From Myxococcales bacterium (GTDB lineage: Bacteria > Myxococcota > Myxococcia > Myxococcales > Anaeromyxobacteraceae): 12,287 nucleotides of DNA. This document shows positions 1 to 6,682 of this stretch, in pieces (within the stretch, counting starts at the first letter, position 1; the number at the start of each line of letters is the position of its first letter). The DNA is taken from positions 1 through 12,287 of the forward strand of contig JBBQEB010000119.1 of NCBI GenBank assembly GCA_038320275.1, read 5' to 3'. A model generated the notes under the pieces. The model did not search any database, was not told where the DNA came from, and saw only the letters and a list, made by a program, of their open reading frames with translations. Both the position numbers and the translations under genes were made by a program.

Positions 1-141
1 GTGGAAGGAAAACAGCGGCGAGCGCATCATCCAATTGCGCGCCGTCGCCCTCAGCGACCGGTGGGACGCCGCGATGAAGCTCACGCTGCGCCCGCTTCGA
101 AAGGCAGTGCGGGCGGCGTGATCAGGATGAGAGCCACACCC
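1..141 (+). mobile_element. Right end of a putative ISKra4-family insertion sequence; candidate terminal IR ending ...GAGAGCCACACCC at about 141
   Basis: The transposase-like stop at 121 is followed within 20 bp by GATGAGAGCCACACCC (126-141). Its reverse complement starts GGGTGTGGC, consistent with GGG termini in this family. The partner IR is outside the window, so the end is unconfirmed. Confidence 0.55.
2..121 (+). CDS. C-terminal fragment of a probable ISKra4-family DDE transposase (5' part outside the window)
   Basis: Frame +2 reads WKENSGERIIQLRAVALSDRWDAAMKLTLRPLRKAVRAA* (TGA 119-121). The W..G..I..LRA....RWD pattern resembles the C-terminus that follows the catalytic Glu in ISKra4-type transposases. 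Recognised by eye; not in the ORF track because the start is missing. Confidence 0.7.
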   Translation, partial: WKENSGERIIQLRAVALSDRWDAAMKLTLRPLRKAVRAA

Positions 142-166
142 CTCGAGGAAGCGCAGGGCCTCTGTC

Positions 167-1405
167 TCACCGCAAAACGCCCGGCGGTCCGCCGAGCAGG
201 AAGCTTCGCCAATCCATTGCCTCCACGCCCGCGCGCTCGGCGGTCGCGACGCCCTCGGGCTCGCACAGCACGAGCGGGCGCAGCGGGGGATTGCGCCGCG
301 CGAGCTCGAGGACGCCGCGCAGGTCGGACGAGCTGAAAGCCCCGGTCTTCACCTCGATGGCCCAGGCTCCCCAGCTCCCCTCGAGGATCGCGTCCACCTC
401 GAGGGGCTCCTCGCGCCAGTACGACACGCGCTGCCCCGAGCACCACGCATACGCGAGGCAGGCGTTCTCGACCCAGCGGCCGAAGCGCGCGGGATCGCCC
501 TCCGGCGACGGCGCGCCGAGAGGATCGGTCGCGGCGAGGAGAGCGTTCGAGAGCGCGACGAGCTTGGGCGGTGCCGCCCGGCGCCTCGCGGCGCTGGGGG
601 AGAACTTGGGAAGCGCGGCGACGAGATAGGCGTCCTCCAGCAGTGCGAGGTAGTGGGCGATGGTCTCGAGCGCCCCCCGGTCCTGCAGGACGCCCTGGAG
701 CTTCTGGAGAGCGACGATCTGCGCGGGAGCGGCGACGCAGGCTGCGAAGACCTGGCGCAACAGGCCCGGCTTGCGGACCGCCTCCAGCGCGAGGAGGTCG
801 CGGCCGATGGCTGGTTCGACGATGGCGTCGCGGACGTAAGCCGTCCAGCGGGCCGGGTCCGCCCGGAGGCTCATCGCGCCAGGGTACCCACCCTCGCGCA
901 CGAGGACCTCGGCCGCCCGAAATGGACGGAGCTTGAAATGGGTCGCGAGGGCGGCGGCGGACCAGTGGACGAGCTCCGCGCGCTCGAAGCGCCCGGCCAG
1001 CGTCTCCCGCGCGCCGTGGCCCAGGCGGAGCGCCGAAGAGCCGGTCGCGACGACGTGGAGCGGCGTGCGGCGGCGGCGGACCCGGTCCCAATCCGATTTG
1101 AGGAGGGAGGGCCAGCTCGGCAGCGCCTGGACCTCGTCGAGGAGCAGGACGTGGCTCCCAGCCGAGCTCGCGATCTCCGCCCAAAGCCGCTCCCAGAAGC
1201 CGGGCAGCGTCGCGCCCGGCCCATCGCAGGCCACGTACCGTGCGCGCGTGCCGAGCTCCTCGGCGAGAGCGAGCAAGAGCGTGGTCTTTCCCACCTGCCG
1301 AGGGCCGGCGAGAAGCTGGATCCGGCCCGGCGCCGCCTCGCGGAGGCGCTCGCGAAGGAGCGCCAGCGCGGGCTCGAACTGGAGCCGCGTCGAGGATTCG
1401 GTCAT
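167..1405 (-). CDS. AAA+ ATPase (AAA_14 / COG1373-like) with C-terminal DUF4143 domain, 412 aa
   Basis: Walker A GPRQVGKT, Walker B LLLDEVQ, ATGSS, LAGRF, GGYP. Central HTH-like segment LQKLQGVLQDRGALETIAHYLALLEDAYLV. C-terminal GRWVEN...YWRE..LEVDAIL...AIEVK. Confidence 0.92.
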   Translation of the reverse strand: MTESSTRLQFEPALALLRERLREAAPGRIQLLAGPRQVGKTTLLLALAEELGTRARYVACDGPGATLPGFWERLWAEIASSAGSHVLLLDEVQALPSWPSLLKSDWDRVRRRRTPLHVVATGSSALRLGHGARETLAGRFERAELVHWSAAALATHFKLRPFRAAEVLVREGGYPGAMSLRADPARWTAYVRDAIVEPAIGRDLLALEAVRKPGLLRQVFAACVAAPAQIVALQKLQGVLQDRGALETIAHYLALLEDAYLVAALPKFSPSAARRRAAPPKLVALSNALLAATDPLGAPSPEGDPARFGRWVENACLAYAWCSGQRVSYWREEPLEVDAILEGSWGAWAIEVKTGAFSSSDLRGVLELARRNPPLRPLVLCEPEGVATAERAGVEAMDWRSFLLGGPPGVLR

Positions 1406-1435
1406 GTTCGAATGATTATTCGACTACGATCGAAT
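1396..1435. promoter_or_regulatory. Two tandem 18-bp palindromes ATTCG-N8-CGAAT with 22-bp periodicity; putative operator
   Basis: ATTCG-gtcatgtt-CGAAT (1396-1413, covering the ATPase start codon at 1403-1405) and ATTCG-actacgat-CGAAT (1418-1435). AT-rich relative to the surroundings. The pattern is seen directly; the operator role is inferred. Confidence 0.65.
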
Positions 1436-1446
1436 GTGCCAGGGGC

Positions 1447-1473
1447 TTGCCCAGGGTCTCGACGCGGTAGGAT
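1447..1473 (+). promoter_or_regulatory. Candidate sigma70 promoter for a leaderless mntA transcript
   Basis: TAGGAT (1468-1473) lies 6 nt before ATG 1480. Possible -35 TTGCCC (1447-1452) with a short 15-bp spacer. AGGA inside the hexamer could alternatively be a weak SD. Confidence 0.35.
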
Positions 1474-1479
1474 AGCTTC

Positions 1480-1779
1480 ATGGGCGCGCGCATCCCGCTG
1501 GATCGCGAGCAAATCCAGGACTTCTGTCGGCGGCACCGGGTGGCGAAACTGTCCCTGTTCGGCTCGGTGCTCCGCGACGACTTTCGCCCGGACAACGATG
1601 TGGACGTCCTTGTTGAGTTTGCACCGGACCACCGCATCGGCTTTCTCGGCATGGCCGGCATGGACATTGAGTTGTCCGGCCTCATCGGAAGGAAGGTCGA
1701 CCTCCGCAGTCCGGCGGAGCTCAGTCGCTACTTCCGGCAAGACGTTCTCGCCAGAGCAGAGGTTGCGTTCTGTGCGTGA
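1480..1779 (+). CDS. Minimal nucleotidyltransferase (MntA-like antitoxin of HEPN/MNT toxin-antitoxin systems), 99 aa
   Basis: Intact GSX10DXD motif (LFGSVLRDDFRPDNDVDVLVEF), GRKVDL motif and typical length. Many A/T-ending codons compared with neighbouring genes. Confidence 0.93.
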   Translation: MGARIPLDREQIQDFCRRHRVAKLSLFGSVLRDDFRPDNDVDVLVEFAPDHRIGFLGMAGMDIELSGLIGRKVDLRSPAELSRYFRQDVLARAEVAFCA

Positions 1780-1865
1780 CGATGAAAGCCGGCTCCGGCA
1801 CCTGGGACACCGTGGGGCTGGACCTTTCGCGCCTCGTCGAGCTCCTTGCGCCCTCGGTCGAATGA
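1772..1865 (+). pseudogene. HepT/DUF86 HEPN ribonuclease toxin remnant with internal frameshifting deletion
   Basis: GTG 1772 overlaps the MNT 3' end and reads MRDDESRLRH(L), like a DUF86 N-terminus. In the +1 frame from 1803 it reads WDTVGLDLSRLVELLAPSVE* (TGA 1863-1865), like the DUF86 C-terminal W.T...DL..L helix. The middle, including the RX4H motif, is absent. Confidence 0.8.
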
Positions 1866-2582
1866 TCACTCCCCCAGGTAAGCCCGCCTCACCTCCGGCG
1901 AGGCCAGGAGCTCCTTCCCGGTACCGCTCATCGCCACTGTCCCCGTCTCGAGCACGTAGGCGCGGTGCGCGAGCTGGAGCGCCTTGTGCGCGTTCTGCTC
2001 CACGAGGAGGAGCGCCACACCCTCCGCGTTCACGTCTCGCAGCACCCTGAAGATGAGCTCCACCACCTGGGGGGCGAGGCCGAGGGAGGGCTCGTCGAGG
2101 AGGAGGAGCTTGGGGCGGCTCATGAGAGCGCGCGCCACCGCCAGCATCTGCTGCTCGCCGCCGGAGAGCGTCCCCGACACCTGCGCCGCGCGCTCGGAGA
2201 GGATGGGGAAGAGGCCGTAGGCGCGCTCGACGTCGCGGGCGATGCCGGCGCGGTCGCGGCGCAGGTAGGCACCCAGCTCCAGATTCTCGCGCACGGTGAG
2301 GTTGAGGAAGACGCCGCGCCCCTCCGGCGCGTGAGCGAGCCCGCGCGCCACCACCTCGTGCGAGGCGAGCGCGCCCAGGTCCTCGCCCAGGAAGCGCACG
2401 CTGCCGGAGGTGGCGCGGAGCATGCGCGACACCGCGCGCAAGGTGGTGGTCTTGCCGGCACCGTTGGCGCCGATGAGCGCCACCACCTGCCCCTCGGCGA
2501 CCTCCAGCGAGACGCCGCGCAGCGCGTGGATGGCGCCATAGTGCACGTGGAGGTCCTCCACCGTGAGCACGGGCTCGCTCAC
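1866..2582 (-). CDS. livF: Branched-chain amino acid ABC transporter ATP-binding protein, 238 aa
   Basis: GANGAGKTT, APEGRGVF, LSGGEQQML, LLLDEPSLGLAP, VEQN. GTGA overlap with the upstream gene. Confidence 0.95.
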   Translation of the reverse strand: MSEPVLTVEDLHVHYGAIHALRGVSLEVAEGQVVALIGANGAGKTTTLRAVSRMLRATSGSVRFLGEDLGALASHEVVARGLAHAPEGRGVFLNLTVRENLELGAYLRRDRAGIARDVERAYGLFPILSERAAQVSGTLSGGEQQMLAVARALMSRPKLLLLDEPSLGLAPQVVELIFRVLRDVNAEGVALLLVEQNAHKALQLAHRAYVLETGTVAMSGTGKELLASPEVRRAYLGE

Positions 2583-3445
2583 GGCTCGGCTCCGCCAGTC
2601 CCCGCGCCGGCGGCCTCGCCCGGCACCGCGATGTGCTTCTCCTCGAGGTACGAGTCGCCCAGGTACGCCTCGATGACCTTGGGATCGCGGCGCACCGCCT
2701 CCGGCGAGCCGCGGGCGATGGTGACTCCGTGATCCAGCACCACCAGCCGCTCGGACACGCCCATCACGAGCCTCATGTCGTGCTCGATGACGAGAATGGC
2801 GAGCCCGAAGTCGTCGCGGATGCGCCGGATGAGCTCCATGAGCGCCACCTTCTCCGAGGCGTTCATGCCGGCGGCCGGCTCGTCCAGGCAGAGCACCTTG
2901 GGGCGAGCGGCCAGCGCGCGGGCGATCTCGAGCCTCCGCTGCTCGCCGTAGGGGAGGTTGCGGGCGAGCTCGTCGCGGCGGTGCGCGAGCCCCATCACCG
3001 CGAGCAACTCCTCGGCCTCCCGCCGGATGCGCGCCTCCTCGGCGTAGTGGTGCGGCGTGAGGAGGAGCGCCTGCACGATCCCGGTGCGAATGCCGGAGTG
3101 GAGCGCCACCCGCACGTTGTCGAGCGCCGTCAGCCCCTTGAACAGCCGGATGTTCTGGAACGTGCGCGCCACGCCCAGCACGCAGATCTGGTGCGGCCGG
3201 AGCCCGTTCACCCGAGCGCCTCCTACCAGCACGTCGCCGCGGGTGGGCGCGTACACCCCGGTGATGGCGTTGAAGGCGGTGGTCTTGCCGGCGCCATTCG
3301 GCCCGATGAGCCCCACCAGTTCGCGGGGAAGGAGCGAGAGCTCGAAGTCGGACAGCGCCTTGAGGCCTCCGAAGCGCATGGTCACCGCGCGGGCCTCCAG
3401 CACCGGCGCGGCCTCTGCGGCGGCCGGCCTCTCCGCGGCGCTCAT
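2579..3445 (-). CDS. livG: Branched-chain amino acid ABC transporter ATP-binding protein, 288 aa
   Basis: GPNGAGKTT, ARTFQNIRLF, LPYGEQRRLEIARAL, LDEPAAG, IEHDM, EAYLG. Start moved to ATG 3445, which overlaps the livM stop (ATGA). Confidence 0.93.
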   Translation of the reverse strand: MSAAERPAAAEAAPVLEARAVTMRFGGLKALSDFELSLLPRELVGLIGPNGAGKTTAFNAITGVYAPTRGDVLVGGARVNGLRPHQICVLGVARTFQNIRLFKGLTALDNVRVALHSGIRTGIVQALLLTPHHYAEEARIRREAEELLAVMGLAHRRDELARNLPYGEQRRLEIARALAARPKVLCLDEPAAGMNASEKVALMELIRRIRDDFGLAILVIEHDMRLVMGVSERLVVLDHGVTIARGSPEAVRRDPKVIEAYLGDSYLEEKHIAVPGEAAGAGTGGAEP

Positions 3446-4431
3446 GCCGCCTTGGCCCTCCGTTTGAAGAGCCGCGGCCAGAGGTCCCAGATCTCGCGCG
3501 TGCCGAAGATGCCCTCGGGCCGGGTGAGCATCAGCACGATGAGGAGGAGCGCGTACATCACCATGCGCCAGCCCTCCACCTCGCGCAGCCACTCCAGCGC
3601 GACCGTGAGCACCGTGGCGGCGAGGACCGAGCCGGTCACCGAGCCCATCCCCCCCAGCACCACCATCGCCACCACCTCCATCGAGCGGACGAAGGTGAAC
3701 ATGCGCGGGCTGACGAGCAGGATGTAGTGGACGAGCAGGCCGCCAGCGAGGCCGGCGAACGCGGCGGCGATCACGAAGGCCCGCACCTTGTAGCCAGTGG
3801 TGTCGACGCCCATCGCCTCGGCAGCGATCTCGTCCTCGCGGATGGAGAGCATGGCGCGCCCGTGCGAGGAGCCGCCCAGCCGCCGCGCCATGGCGATGGT
3901 GCCGATCGCGCCCATCCCCACCCAGACGAGGTTGGTGCGGGGCGGCAGCCCGGGGATGCCGGTGGCCTGGCCGAGGAAGCGCGTGTTCTCGATGACGACG
4001 CGGATGATCTCGCCGAAGCCGAGCGTCACGATGGCGAGGTAGTCGCCCCGCAGCCGCAGGGACGGCAAGCCCACCACGAAGCCGGCGAGCGCCGCCATGG
4101 CCATCCCGGCCGCCAGCGCCAGCGCGAAGACGAGGGGGTCGGAGAGCGAGGGCGGGAGGCCGGCGATGTCGAAGCCGGCCATGGCGACCGTGATCTTGGC
4201 CGAGGTATACGCGCCCACTGCCATGAACCCGGCGTGACCGAGGGAGAACTGCCCAGTGAAGCCGTTCACCACGTTGAGCGAGACCGCCAGGATGACGTTC
4301 ACCCCCAGGTTCACGAGGATGATGGCCTGCTCGGGAGGGGCCAGCGCCTGCACCGCCACGAGGATGGGGGCGCCCACGAGGAACGGCAGGAGCGAGCGCA
4401 GCGCCGCGCCCGGCAGGCTCGGGACAGGCAT
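3442..4431 (-). CDS. livM: Branched-chain amino acid ABC transporter permease, 329 aa
   Basis: SLNVVNGFTGQFSLGHAGF, LRLRGDYLAIVTLGFGEII, IREDEIAAEAMG, VVLGGMGS; hydrophobic. Start moved to ATG 4431, just downstream of the livH stop. Confidence 0.92.
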   Translation of the reverse strand: MPVPSLPGAALRSLLPFLVGAPILVAVQALAPPEQAIILVNLGVNVILAVSLNVVNGFTGQFSLGHAGFMAVGAYTSAKITVAMAGFDIAGLPPSLSDPLVFALALAAGMAMAALAGFVVGLPSLRLRGDYLAIVTLGFGEIIRVVIENTRFLGQATGIPGLPPRTNLVWVGMGAIGTIAMARRLGGSSHGRAMLSIREDEIAAEAMGVDTTGYKVRAFVIAAAFAGLAGGLLVHYILLVSPRMFTFVRSMEVVAMVVLGGMGSVTGSVLAATVLTVALEWLREVEGWRMVMYALLLIVLMLTRPEGIFGTREIWDLWPRLFKRRAKAA

Positions 4432-4442
4432 CAGCGCGGCAC

Positions 4443-5372
4443 CTACACCTTCTCCGCGCGCGACCGTCCGAAGAGCCCCTCGGGCTTCACCAGGAGCACG
4501 AGGATGAGCATCGCGAAGGCGATGGCGTCGCGGTACGAGGAGACGGTGTAGCCGGCCACGTACTCCTCGGCGAGCCCCAAGGCGAGGCCGCCCACCATGG
4601 CGCCTGGCACGTTGCCGATCCCGCCGAACACCGCCGCCACGAAGGCCTTGAGCCCCGGCATGAGTCCCATGAGCGGGTCGATGCGCGGGCGCGAGCCCGC
4701 CACCAGGAGCGCCGCCACCGCGGCGAGCATGCTCCCCAGGACGAAGGTGCCCGAGATGATGCGGTTGACCGGGATGCCCATGAGGCCGGCCACCTGCGGA
4801 TCGAACGACACCGCGCGCATCGCGGTGCCGAAGCGGGTGCGATAGACGATGAGCTGGAGCGCGACCATGAAGGCGACCGCGACCAGGAGGGAGATGACGT
4901 CGTAGTTGGAGAGCGACACGCCGAGGACGTTCCACTCCACCCGGGCGAACGGCGTGGGGAAGAAGCGCGGCGTCGGGCCGGGCGGAAACGGGATGGGGAG
5001 CCCCGGCCAGCTCGGGAGCTGGAACCCGTACTCCAGCAGGAAGGACACCCCGATGGCGGTGATGAGCGCCGTCAGGCGGGCCCGGTGGCGGAGCGGGCGG
5101 TAGGCGAAGCGCTCGATGACGTAGCCGAGCGCGCCGCAGATGGCCATCGACCCCACGAAGACGATCCCAGCCTTGACGAGGGTCGGCTCCTTCTCTACCC
5201 CCAGCGCGTTCGCGAGGTAGAACCCGGAGTACGCGCCCACCATGTAGACGTCGCCGTGCGCGAAGTTGATGAGCTTCAGCACGCCGTACACCATCGTGTA
5301 GCCGAGCGCGATGAGGGCGTAGATCGTCCCCAGCGAGAGGCCGTTCACGAGGTGCTGGAGGAACTGGGTCAC
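4443..5372 (-). CDS. livH: Branched-chain amino acid ABC transporter permease, 309 aa
   Basis: NGLSLGTIYALIALGYTMVYGVLKLINFAHG, GTAMRAV, KAFVAAVFGGIG, KPEGLFG. Confidence 0.95.
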   Translation of the reverse strand: MTQFLQHLVNGLSLGTIYALIALGYTMVYGVLKLINFAHGDVYMVGAYSGFYLANALGVEKEPTLVKAGIVFVGSMAICGALGYVIERFAYRPLRHRARLTALITAIGVSFLLEYGFQLPSWPGLPIPFPPGPTPRFFPTPFARVEWNVLGVSLSNYDVISLLVAVAFMVALQLIVYRTRFGTAMRAVSFDPQVAGLMGIPVNRIISGTFVLGSMLAAVAALLVAGSRPRIDPLMGLMPGLKAFVAAVFGGIGNVPGAMVGGLALGLAEEYVAGYTVSSYRDAIAFAMLILVLLVKPEGLFGRSRAEKV

Positions 5373-5409
5373 GCTGCCCGCACCGGGGCGCGGAGGGGCG
5401 CGCGGCGGC

Positions 5410-6609
5410 TCACGGCTTCACGGTGGCGACGAAGTGCGCCGCCCCGTTCTTCACCTCGAGCACCACCGCCGGCTTCACTGCGTTGTGGTCGGAGTCGATG
5501 GTGATGACGCCGGTGACGCCGGGGTAGTCCTTGGTGGCGGCGAGCGCGTCCTTGATGGCGGCGCCGCTGAGGTCCTTGGCGGCCTTCATGGCTGCGATGG
5601 CCACCTTGGCTGCGTCGTAGCCCTGCGCCGCCAGGCCGTCCGGCACCTCGCCGTAGGTCTGCGCGTACTTCTTCACGAAGCTCTGGATGCGCGGCTCGGG
5701 ATCCTCGTGCGAATAGTGGTTGGAGAAGTAGCAGCCGTCCACCGCCTTGCCGCCGATCTCGAAGAGCTTGGCCGAGTCCCAGCCGTCTCCGCCCATGAGC
5801 GGCTGCTTCATGCCGAGCTCGCGCGCCTGCCGCGCGATGAGCGCCACGTCGCCGTAGTAGGCGGGCACGTATACCGCCTGCGGGCTCCTGTTCTTGATGG
5901 CGGTGAGCTGCGCCTTGAAGTCGGGGTCGCCCGCCTTGAAGCTCTGGTCGTCGACGATGGTGCCGCCGAGCGCCTTGAACTTCTCGATGAAGTAGTCGGC
6001 GAGCCCCATGGAGTAGTCGCTGCCCACGTCGCGAAGGACCGCCACCTTGTCGAGCTTCAGCGTCTCGCGGGCGAACTTGGCCATCACCGTGCCCTGGAAC
6101 GGGTCGATGAAGCAGACGCGGAACACGTAGGGACGCGTGCGTGCGCCGTCCTTGGTGACCTTGGGGTTGGTGGAGGACGGCGAGACCATGGGCACCTGGT
6201 AGCGGTCGGCGATGGGCGCCATGGCGAGCGAGTTGGTGGAGGCCACCTCGCCCAGGAGCACCGTCACGCGGTCCTGCGACACGAGGCGTGTCGCGGCGAT
6301 CGCGGACTCCTCCGCCTTGCCCTGGTTGTCGAGGGTCTTCACCTCGAGCTGGCGGCCCTTCACCCCGCCGGCTGCGTTCGCCTCGGTGACGGCGAGCCGC
6401 ACGCCGCGATCGGTGGATTGTCCGAAGGTGGCCTTGTCGCCGGTGAGCGAGGCCACGTGGCCGATCAGGATCTTGCCCGTGCCCGAGCCGGCGTTGGGCG
6501 TGAGGGCTGCGCTCGCGGCGGCCTCTCCCCCTTCGGCGCCCTGCTTCTTCTGGCACCCCAGGGCGGCGAGCGCGAGGGCGAGGACGGCGAACGGGGTCGA
6601 AGTGCGCAC
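5410..6609 (-). CDS. livK: Branched-chain amino acid ABC transporter substrate-binding lipoprotein (LivK/LivJ family), about 399 aa
   Basis: GTG 6609 preceded by GGAGG (5-nt spacer). Signal peptide with lipobox ALG-C. SLTGDKATFG, SSTNPKVT, FRVCFID, GGDGW, GVTGVITI. Actual substrate cannot be determined from sequence. Confidence 0.88.
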   Translation of the reverse strand: MRTSTPFAVLALALAALGCQKKQGAEGGEAAASAALTPNAGSGTGKILIGHVASLTGDKATFGQSTDRGVRLAVTEANAAGGVKGRQLEVKTLDNQGKAEESAIAATRLVSQDRVTVLLGEVASTNSLAMAPIADRYQVPMVSPSSTNPKVTKDGARTRPYVFRVCFIDPFQGTVMAKFARETLKLDKVAVLRDVGSDYSMGLADYFIEKFKALGGTIVDDQSFKAGDPDFKAQLTAIKNRSPQAVYVPAYYGDVALIARQARELGMKQPLMGGDGWDSAKLFEIGGKAVDGCYFSNHYSHEDPEPRIQSFVKKYAQTYGEVPDGLAAQGYDAAKVAIAAMKAAKDLSGAAIKDALAATKDYPGVTGVITIDSDHNAVKPAVVLEVKNGAAHFVATVKP

Positions 6610-6642
6610 ACGCACCTCCAGTGATCGGCGAGGCGTGCCGGA

Positions 6643-6672
6643 TTGCTCCCTCCGGCCCGCGCCCGATATGGT
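6643..6672 (+). promoter_or_regulatory. Candidate sigma70 promoter for the response regulator gene
   Basis: TTGCTC (6643-6648), 18-bp spacer, TATGGT (6667-6672), 10 nt upstream of ATG 6683. Confidence 0.4.
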
Positions 6673-6682
6673 GACCCCGTCC

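Noticed and set aside
1..336. 111-aa + strand ORF from the track
   Set aside because: Arg/Ala-rich, overlaps the ATPase on the opposite strand; the plausible coding frame here is +2 (transposase tail).
1396..1439. 22-bp periodic repeat as a CRISPR or iteron array
   Set aside because: Only two units, no spacers of CRISPR length, and no cas or rep gene in the window.
653..2050. 465-aa + strand ORF
   Set aside because: Shadow frame across the ATPase, mntA and livF; only the stretch from 1772 to about 1804 (toxin N-terminal stub) looks real.
5378..5393. Small hairpin between livK and livH
   Set aside because: Only a 6-bp GC-rich stem with no U-tract; readily arises by chance, so not called a terminator.
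1866..6609. liv operon as a novelty
   Set aside because: Canonical gene order and intact motifs; ordinary transporter.
6631..6647. Sigma54-like AGGCGTGCCGGATTGCT
   Set aside because: GG and GC are separated by 11 nt rather than the required 10.
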